Part shown: piece by piece, positions 47,683 to 56,945 of the stretch
How the letters are laid out: each line of letters opens with the position of its first letter
How positions within the stretch are numbered: the stretch's first letter is position 1
Sequence record: OQ349392.1
Source: Escherichia phage KIT06
Length of the DNA: 64,000 nucleotides
Reading direction: 5' to 3' (one strand)
Made by a program: the position numbers and the translations under genes
Notes under the pieces: generated by a model
Seen by the model: only the letters and a program-made list of their open reading frames with translations
Databases searched by the model: none
Told to the model about the DNA's origin: nothing

Positions 47683-48065
47683 AATTCAGCGACTTTTCAC
47701 AAAGTGGAAAACCTTCAAAGGCAGATGAATACTTAGGTTTATTAATGGCTGCACAAGCTTATTTTCATTCTGCACATTTTGAAACTAAAAGTTATGCTAG
47801 ACACAAAGCATACGATTTTATTTTCTCTGAGTTGCCAGATTTGATTGATAAATTTGGTGAGCAATATTTGGGGTATTCTGGTAGAAAATACACACCTTCT
47901 ATTCCAGATGCCAGTAAACTTCCTACCGACACAATTAAAATGATTGATCGCATATTAGACCAATCTAACAGCATTTACAAAGAAATGCCTCCAGCCATTC
48001 AAAGCACGATAGATGATATTACTGGAATGTTTTATCAAAGTAAATATCTTCTTTCCCTCGAATAA
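47679..48065 (+). CDS. hypothetical protein (rI.1 position)
   Basis: 128-aa ORF, ATGA overlap with rI. Confidence 0.6.
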   Translation: MKFSDFSQSGKPSKADEYLGLLMAAQAYFHSAHFETKSYARHKAYDFIFSELPDLIDKFGEQYLGYSGRKYTPSIPDASKLPTDTIKMIDRILDQSNSIYKEMPPAIQSTIDDITGMFYQSKYLLSLE

Positions 48066-48070
48066 CATTA

Positions 48071-48092
48071 GTCTCCTTCGGGAGACTTTTTT
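48071..48092 (+). terminator. rho-independent terminator
   Basis: gtctcc-ttcg-ggagac followed by tttttt, 6 nt after the stop at 48065. Confidence 0.85.
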
Positions 48093-48102
48093 CATTTTAC
48101 CG

Positions 48103-48134
48103 GTTTACTTTCCATTTGAGCTGTGATACTATAC
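48103..48134 (+). promoter_or_regulatory. early promoter (GTTTAC ... gtGATACTATAC)
   Basis: GTTTAC at 48103-48108 and -10 region 48123-48134. Confidence 0.6.
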
Positions 48135-48160
48135 AACTATCGGATAAAGAGGAGAACATC

Positions 48161-48349
48161 ATGAAAATTGAAGCACTTAATCAAGAAGGAAATATCTACG
48201 TCATCATTAATGGTGATTTTTTCGTCGACATGGATGAAGTTACCAGTGAAGAACTTGAAAAACTTCTTAAGAAACGTTATGATATGTGTGATGAAGCTGC
48301 AACTCATATGGCGTGTGCAATATTCTCTCTTTCATATGTGGTGGAATAA
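48161..48349 (+). CDS. hypothetical small protein
   Basis: Track ORF 48116..48349; ATG at 48161 with SD gaggagaa; 62 aa. Confidence 0.5.
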   Translation: MKIEALNQEGNIYVIINGDFFVDMDEVTSEELEKLLKKRYDMCDEAATHMACAIFSLSYVVE

Positions 48350-48552
48350 TGATTAGTATCGAACAAGCAGATAAAATTAAAGAATTGGTAGCTTTAATTC
48401 GCAAAGCAGACGAGGAACTTAGTGACTTTGCTTGGTTTTCGGCAGGCATTGCAAATAAAGGCGCTGAAGAACTTGAAGCTAAAGTTGATAATGCTGTAGA
48501 AGCTTTAGATATGTTTCTTGATGAAATTATCGATCATAATACGAGAGTTTAA
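48349..48552 (+). CDS. hypothetical small protein
   Basis: Track ORF 48313..48552; ATG at 48349 overlapping the previous TAA (TAATGA); [16 protein letters not shown]... Confidence 0.5.
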   Translation: MISIEQADKIKELVALIRKADEELSDFAWFSAGIANKGAEELEAKVDNAVEALDMFLDEIIDHNTRV

Positions 48553-48554
48553 GT

Positions 48555-48749
48555 ATGCTAACACGTGAACAGTTTGAAAAAATCATTAAATTAGCACGTG
48601 ATATTGAAATAGATTCATACCAATTGGCAGTTGAGCATTGTGAAGGATATTCATACGATGGTATAGAAGCAGCTAAAAAGGATTTGGATAAATCCAAAGC
48701 TAAGTTAGTTCAATATCTTGAAATGATTAGGTGGAATAATGAAAACTGA
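48555..48749 (+). CDS. hypothetical small protein
   Basis: 64-aa ORF. Confidence 0.5.
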   Translation: MLTREQFEKIIKLARDIEIDSYQLAVEHCEGYSYDGIEAAKKDLDKSKAKLVQYLEMIRWNNEN

Positions 48750-48912
48750 AAAGCAGATGTTTTTAATGAAGCTAATTGAAGAATATGCTAATGCAGTTTC
48801 TGACTATGAGTATTCTTCTCGTGAAAGAGGTACAGCTTTCGCAAAGGAAGAAATGAAAATCATGGTTGATGCTCACACAAAGCTTCAGAATTTTATTGAA
48901 AACGTCATTTAA
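48739..48912 (+). CDS. hypothetical small protein (57 aa), not in the ORF track
   Basis: Translated by hand: MKTEKQMFLMKLIEEYANAVSDYEYSSRERGTAFAKEEMKIMVDAHTKLQNFIENVI. Confidence 0.45.
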   Translation: MKTEKQMFLMKLIEEYANAVSDYEYSSRERGTAFAKEEMKIMVDAHTKLQNFIENVI

Positions 48913-48914
48913 TG

Positions 48915-48947
48915 GTTTACAAGTTGGCAAGGTTATGGTATAGTAAT
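48915..48947 (+). promoter_or_regulatory. early promoter plus stem-loop module
   Basis: GTTTAC at 48915-48920; tGGTATAGTAAT -10 region; inverted repeat ttggcaag/cttgtcaa. Confidence 0.5.
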
Positions 48948-49125
48948 CTTGTCAACTGCCAAGGAGAAGAGAATGAAAATTTTGTTTGTTGTGTATGTGA
49001 TGATTCAATATAATTACCCAATGTTTACTTATAATCTAGTGAACAACATTATTGATATTATTCAAAGGAGTATGTAATGACAAATGAACAAGCTTTTAAG
49101 TTAAGAGAATTAATTGAAACTTTAA

Positions 49126-49404
49126 TTGGTGAATAATGTGAGCTTTCCGAAATTAGAAGTAGGTGATTTAGTCTTAACAAAATTGTGGAATGATGCTCAA
49201 TCAGTAGAAATCTGCCAATATCGTGGAGCAACAGGTAATTTGATGTACACGATTTATAATCCAGAAATTTTATTAGAGTGTCATTTGGAACGCTTTATAA
49301 AAGACACTGATAGTATGCCTTATAGTGTATCGATTGTGCGTAAATCTGATACAAAGGAATACTCTAAAATTTTAGAAAAAATTCATGCCAATAAAAAGGA
49401 TTAA
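49126..49404 (+). CDS. hypothetical protein with no ATG start (TTG/GTG only)
   Basis: 92-aa track ORF; first in-frame ATG is deep inside; preceded by two tiny hand-translated ORFs (48973..49077 and 49077..49136). Confidence 0.35.
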   Translation: MVNNVSFPKLEVGDLVLTKLWNDAQSVEICQYRGATGNLMYTIYNPEILLECHLERFIKDTDSMPYSVSIVRKSDTKEYSKILEKIHANKKD

Positions 49405-49405
49405 T

Positions 49406-49936
49406 ATGAAACGATTAGTACTAGAAGTTAGTTCACTTTTTGGTGAATTGGCTATAGAAAAAGTAAATAATATGTATCGTTTGACGCAAGAAGACGATAT
49501 GCTGTATTTTACACCTAGTGAAATTATTCATTTAACCCAAATTGAAAAACCTTATACTGATAAAATTGTAAGCATTAATGATGAGCATAAAATTCATTTC
49601 TATTCTTTATGCCCAGGATTTAACATTGAAAGCGAGTCAATATGCTTATCAATTAATAATTGGGATAATTTTATAACTAAAATTAAATATTTTTATTATT
49701 CTAACGAAAGAAAACATGGTTTAAAATGGTTTAAAAATTGCAATGCTATTATTACTAACGCTTGTAATCAAAATTATGAAACTGTTTTAAATGTATCAAA
49801 GTGTTACGAAGAAGGAGATGTCTTAACTATTCGTCAATCGGTAAATGATGTTAATGTTGTTGTATTAAACAAAGAAGAAGCTGTTTTATTAAAGACTTAT
49901 CTTGATTCTGTCATTCCAACTATGATTTCAAAGTGA
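49406..49936 (+). CDS. hypothetical protein, paralog pair member A
   Basis: Track ORF 49385..49936; ATG at 49406; C-terminus ...EEAVLLKTYLDSVIPTMISK resembles the next gene. Confidence 0.55.
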   Translation: MKRLVLEVSSLFGELAIEKVNNMYRLTQEDDMLYFTPSEIIHLTQIEKPYTDKIVSINDEHKIHFYSLCPGFNIESESICLSINNWDNFITKIKYFYYSNERKHGLKWFKNCNAIITNACNQNYETVLNVSKCYEEGDVLTIRQSVNDVNVVVLNKEEAVLLKTYLDSVIPTMISK

Positions 49937-49942
49937 GGAAAT

Positions 49943-50464
49943 ATGTTTATTTCAAGTGAAAGCGGTTTAATTCGTGTTGAATTTAAAAATGACATCTTCC
50001 TTATTCAAGGAGATGATATTATTAAAATGAGTTATGATGAAATTAAGAAAATTTGTAATGCTCTTGAAAATCATGGAAAGGTGAATGCTGTCATTGATAT
50101 TGGCGATTTATGGGTGACACTTTATGAAGTATCCGAAGGATTTAACATTGAAGATGAAAACAACATCTTAGCTATTGATAAAAGAAGTGATTTGTTTGAT
50201 GTGTTAAAAGTTTATGAACAGTCAAACGGTGGAAGAAAAGCTGCATTGATTTATCAAAAACCACATTCATGCGGAACTGCTTCAATCATTTCAGATATTG
50301 AAGATGAAACTGATACTTATATGTGTATTTTAAAAGCTGGTGGTGACCGTCATCCGGATTTTATTTCTATTCGTCAAAACAATGGAGAAATTTCATTATC
50401 AAAATCAGAAGCTGAAGCTATGATTAAGTATTTAACAACTGTTACACCTTCAATGAAAGGATAA
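49943..50464 (+). CDS. hypothetical protein, paralog pair member B
   Basis: 173-aa ORF; C-terminus ...KSEAEAMIKYLTTVTPSMKG. Confidence 0.55.
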   Translation: MFISSESGLIRVEFKNDIFLIQGDDIIKMSYDEIKKICNALENHGKVNAVIDIGDLWVTLYEVSEGFNIEDENNILAIDKRSDLFDVLKVYEQSNGGRKAALIYQKPHSCGTASIISDIEDETDTYMCILKAGGDRHPDFISIRQNNGEISLSKSEAEAMIKYLTTVTPSMKG

Positions 50465-50466
50465 TT

Positions 50467-50928
50467 ATGATTATTAATGAAAGCTCTTGGCACTATAAAT
50501 TATTCAAAATGTTTAACGACGAATGGAAACGACCTAAGACACTGTGTGCATATTTTTGGTCTATTGTTATCCCTACATTTTTCGTTTCTTTTTTCGGATG
50601 TACTATACTCGCAGGTCTAACTATCATCTGCGCAGAAATCATGCAGAAATGGCTTATTTTTGGTAGTTTATGGACTCTTATTCCATCAGCATTTATACTT
50701 GCTATTTTGCTTGTTTTACTTATTATTGGTTCATTTGTTATTCCTGCACAATTGCATGAAAAATATAAAGATTATAAATGGAAAAAGGATTATGCTTTAC
50801 ATGTAGAAAATATTGATAGAGCGTATAAAGGTTTACCTCCTATTCAACCAAAGAAATCTATTATCGTCGAATTTTTAAAAGCGCGTAAAGCTAAAGTATG
50901 TCCTGTTATTGAATATAAGGCTGAATGA
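50467..50928 (+). CDS. integral membrane protein
   Basis: 153-aa ORF with three hydrophobic segments. Confidence 0.55.
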   Translation: MIINESSWHYKLFKMFNDEWKRPKTLCAYFWSIVIPTFFVSFFGCTILAGLTIICAEIMQKWLIFGSLWTLIPSAFILAILLVLLIIGSFVIPAQLHEKYKDYKWKKDYALHVENIDRAYKGLPPIQPKKSIIVEFLKARKAKVCPVIEYKAE

Positions 50929-51938
50929 TGAAAACAGTAATGAAAAGCTATTTTGGTAGTCATCTTTATGGAACTTCTACTCCAGAATCTGATGTAGATT
51001 TTAAAGAAATCTTTGTTCCTCCTGCTCGTGATATTCTTATCGGAAATGTTAAAGAGCATATGAGTAAAAACACTAACAACACATCATCTAAAAACACTAA
51101 AGATGATATTGACCATGAACTATACAGTCTTAAGTATTTCTTTAAATTAGCAGCAGATGGTGAAACTGTAGCATTGGATATGCTCCACACTCCACCTGAA
51201 CTGGTAGTTAAATCTGATTTGCCTGATGTATGGAAGTTTATTCAAGACAATCGTTCTCGTTTTTATACAACTAACATGAAATCTTATTTAGGATATGTCC
51301 GCAAGCAAGCTTCTAAATATGGTGTCAAGGGTTCTCGTTTGGCCGCATTGCGTGATGTATTGAAAGTAGTTAATCAAATCCCTGAGCAATGGGTTGATTA
51401 CCAAGAAGACGGTTCCATTAAGCAGCGTCGAACTAAAGTTGAAGATATTAAGCATCGTCTTCCAGAGAACGAATTCTGTGAATGGGTATTCCATAATCAT
51501 GAGAAAACAGGCCCACAAACGTTCTACACTGTGTTGGGCCGTAAATATCAGACAACGCTTTCTCTTATCGAGCTTAAGCAGTCACTGAACAAATTAGATG
51601 CTGAATATGGCGAGCGCGCTCGTAAGGCTGAAGCTAATGAAGGTATTGACTGGAAAGCTCTGAGTCATGCTTGTCGTGGTGGACTCCAACTATTGGAAAT
51701 TTACAAAACTGGTGACTTAGTCTATCCACTTCAAGACGCTCCTTTTATTCTCGACGTGAAGTTGGGTAAACATCCATTTAAAACTGTTCAAGAGTTTTTG
51801 GAAGATGTGGTCGATCAAGTAGAAGCAGCATCCATTGAAGCTTCTAAGAACGGTATGCAGCAAAAAGTAGATATGAGTTTCTGGGATGACTTCCTTGAGA
51901 GGGTTTATCTTGAAAACCACCGAAGTTATTATAAATGA
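50925..51938 (+). CDS. predicted Pol-beta-superfamily nucleotidyltransferase-like protein
   Basis: 337-aa ORF with N-terminal motif YFGSHLYGTSTPESDVDF (G-S-x9-13-D-x-D pattern). Confidence 0.45.
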   Translation: MMKTVMKSYFGSHLYGTSTPESDVDFKEIFVPPARDILIGNVKEHMSKNTNNTSSKNTKDDIDHELYSLKYFFKLAADGETVALDMLHTPPELVVKSDLPDVWKFIQDNRSRFYTTNMKSYLGYVRKQASKYGVKGSRLAALRDVLKVVNQIPEQWVDYQEDGSIKQRRTKVEDIKHRLPENEFCEWVFHNHEKTGPQTFYTVLGRKYQTTLSLIELKQSLNKLDAEYGERARKAEANEGIDWKALSHACRGGLQLLEIYKTGDLVYPLQDAPFILDVKLGKHPFKTVQEFLEDVVDQVEAASIEASKNGMQQKVDMSFWDDFLERVYLENHRSYYK

Positions 51939-51940
51939 TA

Positions 51941-51964
51941 GGGAGCCTTCGGGCTCCCTTTTTT
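51941..51964 (+). terminator. rho-independent terminator
   Basis: gggagcc-ttcg-ggctccc followed by ttttttg, directly after the stop at 51938. Confidence 0.85.
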
Positions 51965-51986
51965 GTTTAAATGACGTCACAAAGTT

Positions 51987-52018
51987 GTTTACAAGCATAA
52001 AGCTTTGTGGTACTATAC
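51987..52018 (+). promoter_or_regulatory. early promoter plus stem-loop module
   Basis: GTTTAC at 51987-51992; tGGTACTATAC; inverted repeat acaaag/ctttgt. Confidence 0.6.
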
Positions 52019-52050
52019 AACTATCAACTGATGTGGATTTGGGGAATAAA

Positions 52051-52200
52051 ATGAAAACTACGTTAATTGAAGTAAAAAAGTTGATTGACACAGAAGAGAT
52101 TTCAGCTTATTTTGAAAATTTCTTAGAAGATGCAACTGAAGATAACGCGGTTTATCTCGCTCAGAAAATTATAGAAACATATTTGGAGCAGAATCAATGA
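52051..52200 (+). CDS. hypothetical small acidic protein (49 aa)
   Basis: ATG 52051 (MKTTLIEVKKLIDTEEISAYFENF...) inside track ORF 51886..52200; promoter upstream. Confidence 0.45.
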   Translation: MKTTLIEVKKLIDTEEISAYFENFLEDATEDNAVYLAQKIIETYLEQNQ

Positions 52201-52460
52201 CAGTTTACGTAGATGTTTTAATGAATCATGGATGGAAACTTCGCGGTCATCCAACTAAAAATTGTCATATGTTCACTGATGGAGATATTGAAGAGCTTCA
52301 TGAAATGGCAGAAGCAATAGGAATGAAACGTTCTTGGTTTCAAGATAAACGCATTAAACATTATGACTTACACGCGCGGCGACGCCAAAAAGCCGTAGAA
52401 CTTGGAGCTGTAGAAGTATCTCGTCGCGAAGCAGTAAAAATTTGGCGAACATTAAAATAA
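52197..52460 (+). CDS. hypothetical protein
   Basis: 87-aa ORF, ATGA overlap. Confidence 0.5.
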   Translation: MTVYVDVLMNHGWKLRGHPTKNCHMFTDGDIEELHEMAEAIGMKRSWFQDKRIKHYDLHARRRQKAVELGAVEVSRREAVKIWRTLK

Positions 52461-52463
52461 ATT

Positions 52464-52495
52464 GTTTACAGTAGGGTAGTAGTGTGATACTATTA
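52464..52495 (+). promoter_or_regulatory. early promoter plus stem-loop module (PeSL-like)
   Basis: GTTTAC at 52464-52469; gtGATACTAT; inverted repeat gtagggtag/taccctat. Confidence 0.6.
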
Positions 52496-52529
52496 CCCTA
52501 TCAAAACAAATGTGAAATTGGAGAATAAA

Positions 52530-53498
52530 ATGAAAACTGTAACTATCAATAAGGGTATCTACTTCGGTAAAGAAATCTCTGGAACTTTTGAGCTTTTAGG
52601 CGAATGGTTCCCAGATAATGCTCCGGTAGATGCACAAGGAGATGGTAAAGTTTTTGTTGAAATTGACGGTAAACGTCGCGGTGTTTGGGTTTACAAATCA
52701 GATATTTCATATGATGGTGTAAAAGTTGAAGAAGTTAAAGAATCATATGAAGATATGAAAACCCGCATTAATAAAAGATTTAATGTTATGGGAATGATGA
52801 CGAATGGTATTATTAACGGAAATATTCGTTCATTGATTATCTCTGGCGCAGCAGGTATTGGTAAAACGTATTCTTTAGATAAAGCTTTAAATAAAGCAAA
52901 TGATATTGGATACATTGAATATAAAAGCATTAATGGTAAAATCTCTGGTATTGGTCTTTATGAACAGCTTTGGAATAATCGTGAAGAGAATTCTGTCCTT
53001 TTGATTGATGATGTGGATGTTTTCTCTGATATGGACATTCTTAATCTTCTAAAAGCTGCTCTGGACACTGGAGAGACCCGTAAAGTCTGCTGGAGCACTG
53101 CATCTTCTTACTTAGAAGAAAAAGGCATTGACCGTGAGTTTGAATTTAAAGGAACGATTGTTTTTATCACAAACGTTGACATTGACCGCGAATTAGACCG
53201 TGGTACTAAACTTGCCCCACACTTACAAGCATTAGTGTCCCGCTCAGTTTATTTGGATTTGGGTGTTCACACTAATGAAGAAATTATGGTCAGGGTTGAA
53301 GATGTTATTCTTTCAACTGACATGATGCAAAAGCGCGGTCTTTCTGATGAAGAAACTTATAAAGCATTATCATGGATGAAAGTTAATGTTAATCGTTTAC
53401 GCAATGTTTCACTGCGTACTGCTCTTTATCTTGCTGACTTTATTATGACCGACAAAAACGGTTGGGAAGAAATTGCTGAGGTTACTCTTCTGAAATAA
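52530..53498 (+). CDS. AAA-family ATPase
   Basis: Track ORF 52512..53498; ATG at 52530; Walker A ISGAAGIGKTYSL and Walker B VLLIDDVD. Confidence 0.7.
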   Translation: MKTVTINKGIYFGKEISGTFELLGEWFPDNAPVDAQGDGKVFVEIDGKRRGVWVYKSDISYDGVKVEEVKESYEDMKTRINKRFNVMGMMTNGIINGNIRSLIISGAAGIGKTYSLDKALNKANDIGYIEYKSINGKISGIGLYEQLWNNREENSVLLIDDVDVFSDMDILNLLKAALDTGETRKVCWSTASSYLEEKGIDREFEFKGTIVFITNVDIDRELDRGTKLAPHLQALVSRSVYLDLGVHTNEEIMVRVEDVILSTDMMQKRGLSDEETYKALSWMKVNVNRLRNVSLRTALYLADFIMTDKNGWEEIAEVTLLK

Positions 53499-53587
53499 TT
53501 CATAAGAGGACTTCTATGACAAAAAGGCAGTTCAGAAATAGATTATATGGACTGCCATCAAAAAGATGACTAGAATTAAACTGGTGA

Positions 53588-53902
53588 ATGGAGGTAGTGA
53601 TGTTATACTCAAAGGCTCGTGAAATTTACGAAACTAAGATTAAAGAAGCTGTATTTCAATTCGCAACGACAATGCGATGGACAAATGATTGGGAATATTC
53701 AAAAAATCATAAGAAGCCCTTGGTGACAAGAAAGGCTCATATGTTAGTGTTAATAGACCGTGAGCAGATTAAAGCCCGAGAAGCCCTCCAGAATCATAAA
53801 AAGGCTGCCTTTGAATGGTTTATGGATAACACTGCTCCTGAGACTAAGAAAGCAGTGAGCGCTTGGTTCAGTGGAAAAAATTGTGAAAGAAGTTTCTTTT
53901 AG
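53588..53902 (+). CDS. hypothetical protein
   Basis: 104-aa ORF. Confidence 0.5.
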   Translation: MEVVMLYSKAREIYETKIKEAVFQFATTMRWTNDWEYSKNHKKPLVTRKAHMLVLIDREQIKAREALQNHKKAAFEWFMDNTAPETKKAVSAWFSGKNCERSFF

Positions 53903-53904
53903 TG

Positions 53905-53937
53905 GTTTACAAGACTGTTCCTCTGTGGTACTATACA
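53905..53937 (+). promoter_or_regulatory. early promoter (GTTTAC ... tGGTACTATAC)
   Basis: GTTTAC at 53905-53910 and -10 region 53927-53937. Confidence 0.6.
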
Positions 53938-53962
53938 ACTATCAACTACGGAGGAACAGAAA

Positions 53963-54490
53963 ATGAACGCTAAAGATATTTTCAACTTGGTAAATTACAA
54001 TGATGGTAAATTTAAATCTGAAGCACAGAGTAAGTTCTTTAATGACATCTCAATCGGAGGTGAAATCACTGTTGATGGAGGACAAATTTACAAATCCCGT
54101 TGGAATTGGATCGTTATTATTGATGAGATTGGTATTGTAGAAATTTACAAGAATACGAATAAAAATCGTACATTACACTGGTCTCGTGATACTAACGAAC
54201 AGTACAAAAAGGATAAAGCATCTAAATTATCTCGTGTAACTCAAGAAGATATTGAGTTCATCAAGAAAGATATTTTAATGTATGATAACTTAATTGCTGA
54301 AGAGCAAGCTGTTATTGATAAATTTGATGAGATTAAAGCTTCTCGTGAAATTCCTGATTTTATGAAAGAATCAGTAAATGAACGATACACTCTCATTTCA
54401 GAGCGTATTGAAACTTACAAAAAGCAAAGAGCTGAACGCCAAAATACTCTTCGGAAGTTTGAAGAACGGTTAAAGACGGTACTCGCATAA
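53963..54490 (+). CDS. hypothetical protein
   Basis: 175-aa ORF with SD ggaggaa upstream. Confidence 0.55.
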   Translation: MNAKDIFNLVNYNDGKFKSEAQSKFFNDISIGGEITVDGGQIYKSRWNWIVIIDEIGIVEIYKNTNKNRTLHWSRDTNEQYKKDKASKLSRVTQEDIEFIKKDILMYDNLIAEEQAVIDKFDEIKASREIPDFMKESVNERYTLISERIETYKKQRAERQNTLRKFEERLKTVLA

Positions 54491-54545
54491 CCGCTTTATA
54501 CCAAGGATGGTATAATGGTTCTAAGCCCTTTTAATTGAGATTATT

Positions 54546-54953
54546 ATGAAACAGTTGATAATTAAAAGATTGAATTTATTGATATGTTGTTTATGTGTAG
54601 TAGTTGCATACGGTTATTATGCTATTAATGATTATATGCATTATAAAGATTATGATGTTACTGTAGTTAATACCATTACAGGAACACAAGGAAAAGGGTC
54701 TAGTTTATCGTTTATTGCCGTATATGAACTTAAAGACGGTTATAGATTTAGTGAATATATTTCCCCAGAGATGTATTCTTCAATAGAAAAAGGTGATAAT
54801 ATTACTGTAAGTTTACGTCCTTTCGACGTAAAACAGACACTGTTTGATAATATTGTTTGGTTCTTTGGGATGGTATTAGTTCAATCTGTGTGCGGTGCTT
54901 ATGTAGTCTGTTCCATCTTATTCTGTATATTTAGTAAAATTGAAATTGAGTGA
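54546..54953 (+). CDS. membrane protein
   Basis: 135-aa ORF with N- and C-terminal hydrophobic helices. Confidence 0.5.
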   Translation: MKQLIIKRLNLLICCLCVVVAYGYYAINDYMHYKDYDVTVVNTITGTQGKGSSLSFIAVYELKDGYRFSEYISPEMYSSIEKGDNITVSLRPFDVKQTLFDNIVWFFGMVLVQSVCGAYVVCSILFCIFSKIEIE

Positions 54954-54960
54954 GGAAAAT

Positions 54961-55851
54961 ATGTCAGTAGTAATTAATAATGTCAATGCAGTAATTAAAT
55001 CTTTAGTTAATAAAAAAATGATGAATGAATGGACTGTATTTCGTCGTGGAGAGCCAGATAAATTTTTTCATAGATTTAACCCAACTTTGGATTTGAATGT
55101 TATCGACAAAGATGTTCATGCAGAAATTTTAGATAAGTTTAAAGTTGATATTGGATTTGGATTAGAAAAACATTTACAGCGAACAACCGGGTCTGGAATG
55201 AGTTTATCTAATCGCATTATGAAAGCCCTTAATAAAATTGGAGCGTTGTCTCGTATTAATGCGAGTGAAATTCTTCGTAATTATAATAAAGGATATGACC
55301 TTTATGGTCGACTAATGCCGAAATTATCATTCGATCAAATGATTGCGGATTTGTGGGAAAATCAACGACGATTATTAGCATTAGGCGCTCGATTAGCTAA
55401 AGGTCTAGATAAACAAATGATTTTTAAGACCAATAATACAGAAGACCTTAAATGCTTTAAATTTAGTATTCGTGGAGATGATTATTACATCAGAGCTCGC
55501 TCTACCGATTATATTAATATGGGACATCATCTCTGTTTAGCTTTTGAAGTTTTAAAAGAAGCTGGAACACTAGAATATTCATCTGGTGCAAAATGCCCTA
55601 TTGGTTCAAGTTGTATTTTAATTTATCGCCCGGATGAATCTAGTTCAACTAAATTGCCTACAAAACCTGTACCGGTTCGTAGTAACGAAAAACATTCTGA
55701 ACAAATTGATTATTTTAATAAGCAGATTGAAGAGCTGAATATTTCTATTCAACAATATGATGATGAAATTTTCAGACTATCTGGATTGAGTAGTAAAGCT
55801 AAATCTGAGCGTGAAAAGTTAATTAAAATTGTTGATTTACTTAAATCTTAA
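54961..55851 (+). CDS. hypothetical protein, member 1 of a four-gene tandem family with a C-terminal coiled coil
   Basis: Track ORF 54940..55851; ATG at 54961 with SD gaggaaaat; C-terminal heptad-like ...SKAKSEREKLIKIVDLLKS. Confidence 0.6.
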   Translation: MSVVINNVNAVIKSLVNKKMMNEWTVFRRGEPDKFFHRFNPTLDLNVIDKDVHAEILDKFKVDIGFGLEKHLQRTTGSGMSLSNRIMKALNKIGALSRINASEILRNYNKGYDLYGRLMPKLSFDQMIADLWENQRRLLALGARLAKGLDKQMIFKTNNTEDLKCFKFSIRGDDYYIRARSTDYINMGHHLCLAFEVLKEAGTLEYSSGAKCPIGSSCILIYRPDESSSTKLPTKPVPVRSNEKHSEQIDYFNKQIEELNISIQQYDDEIFRLSGLSSKAKSEREKLIKIVDLLKS

Positions 55852-55859
55852 GGAACACC

Positions 55860-56888
55860 ATGAAAACTCGTTCTCAAATTGAAGATATGGTTCGTACTGC
55901 CAGTGATACTCGTAATGTTATGACATTTTTGTGTGAAAATAATTTAGACCCTGATAAAGTTAATCGTGTTATTCATCACTTTAAGTATACGAATAGCAGT
56001 GAATGGGTGCGTAATTTTAGTAAAGCGGGTTATATTACACAAATGACTGCTCGTGAGCAACTCACCGATTTCTGTAAAACTATTGATTATAAAAATCCTC
56101 TATTTGTTCAAGGCGTTGGTCAAAGTAAGGTCGATTTATCATCTGGATTTTTCAATCCAAATCATTATCGTATTGAATGGAGATTTATTGCTCTGTTCCG
56201 TAGACAATTAAAGCAAATTTTATCAACTGCGAGTCGATTAAAAGGTTCTGATATTAATTTAAAGAATCTGAAATTTGATGGTTATACTCTTCAGATGGAA
56301 GTAAGACCATTAAAAGAAAATAATAGAACTGCACGAATTAGCTTTAAACCTAATACAAAAAATTCTCTTTCAATTTGCGAATGCCTTAAATCGCAGTTGA
56401 CAGAAGCATTTAAGTATATGGATGTTGTTGCCGCTGTTCAGTCTAAGATTTTACCTCGTTTTGAGCGATTTAAATTAGACACAACAACATATGAACTTGA
56501 TATGATCGTTTCATTTAAATACGATTTTTTGAGAAAGGATGAAGTCACGCAAGAGAAAAAGCAAGAAGTGCAAGATAACTTAAATTTAAATTTATCCAAT
56601 TACTCATCAAACGACCCTAAATTTTGGATGTATAGCTCAAGCAATATAGATGCATGTAAACTTAATAAAGTGAGTTTTCTTCCTACTGAAAATTCAAATT
56701 TTAAACCTGTAGAAAAATGGCACGCTGACGCGATTGAGAAGTCTCTTGAGGCAGTAGATGATGAACTCGTTAAAGCGACCAATGAAGTGCTAGAAGCTGA
56801 AAAGGTGTTAGAACAAGCTCAGTCAAGGGTTCAAAATCTGACAAAGCAACGTTCTAAACTGAACAATGCACTAAATGCACTGAACTAG
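55860..56888 (+). CDS. hypothetical protein, member 2 of the tandem family
   Basis: 342-aa ORF; C-terminal ...EAEKVLEQAQSRVQNLTKQRSKLNNALNALN. Confidence 0.6.
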   Translation: MKTRSQIEDMVRTASDTRNVMTFLCENNLDPDKVNRVIHHFKYTNSSEWVRNFSKAGYITQMTAREQLTDFCKTIDYKNPLFVQGVGQSKVDLSSGFFNPNHYRIEWRFIALFRRQLKQILSTASRLKGSDINLKNLKFDGYTLQMEVRPLKENNRTARISFKPNTKNSLSICECLKSQLTEAFKYMDVVAAVQSKILPRFERFKLDTTTYELDMIVSFKYDFLRKDEVTQEKKQEVQDNLNLNLSNYSSNDPKFWMYSSSNIDACKLNKVSFLPTENSNFKPVEKWHADAIEKSLEAVDDELVKATNEVLEAEKVLEQAQSRVQNLTKQRSKLNNALNALN

Positions 56889-56917
56889 TTTACTTTGCCA
56901 CAAGGATGTGGTATAAT
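56889..56917 (+). promoter_or_regulatory. early promoter (GTTTAC ... tgtGGTATAAT)
   Basis: GTTTAC at 56889-56894 and extended -10 at 56907-56917. Confidence 0.65.
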
Positions 56918-56945
56918 GTTCTTACTTTCTACTGAGGAGATTAAT

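Noticed and set aside
48973-49136. Two tiny ORFs (34-aa hydrophobic peptide MKILFVVYVMIQYNYPMF... and 19-aa MTNEQAFKLRELIETLIGE) downstream of a promoter module
   Set aside because: Below a size where coding can be supported from sequence alone; could equally be leader or regulatory sequence
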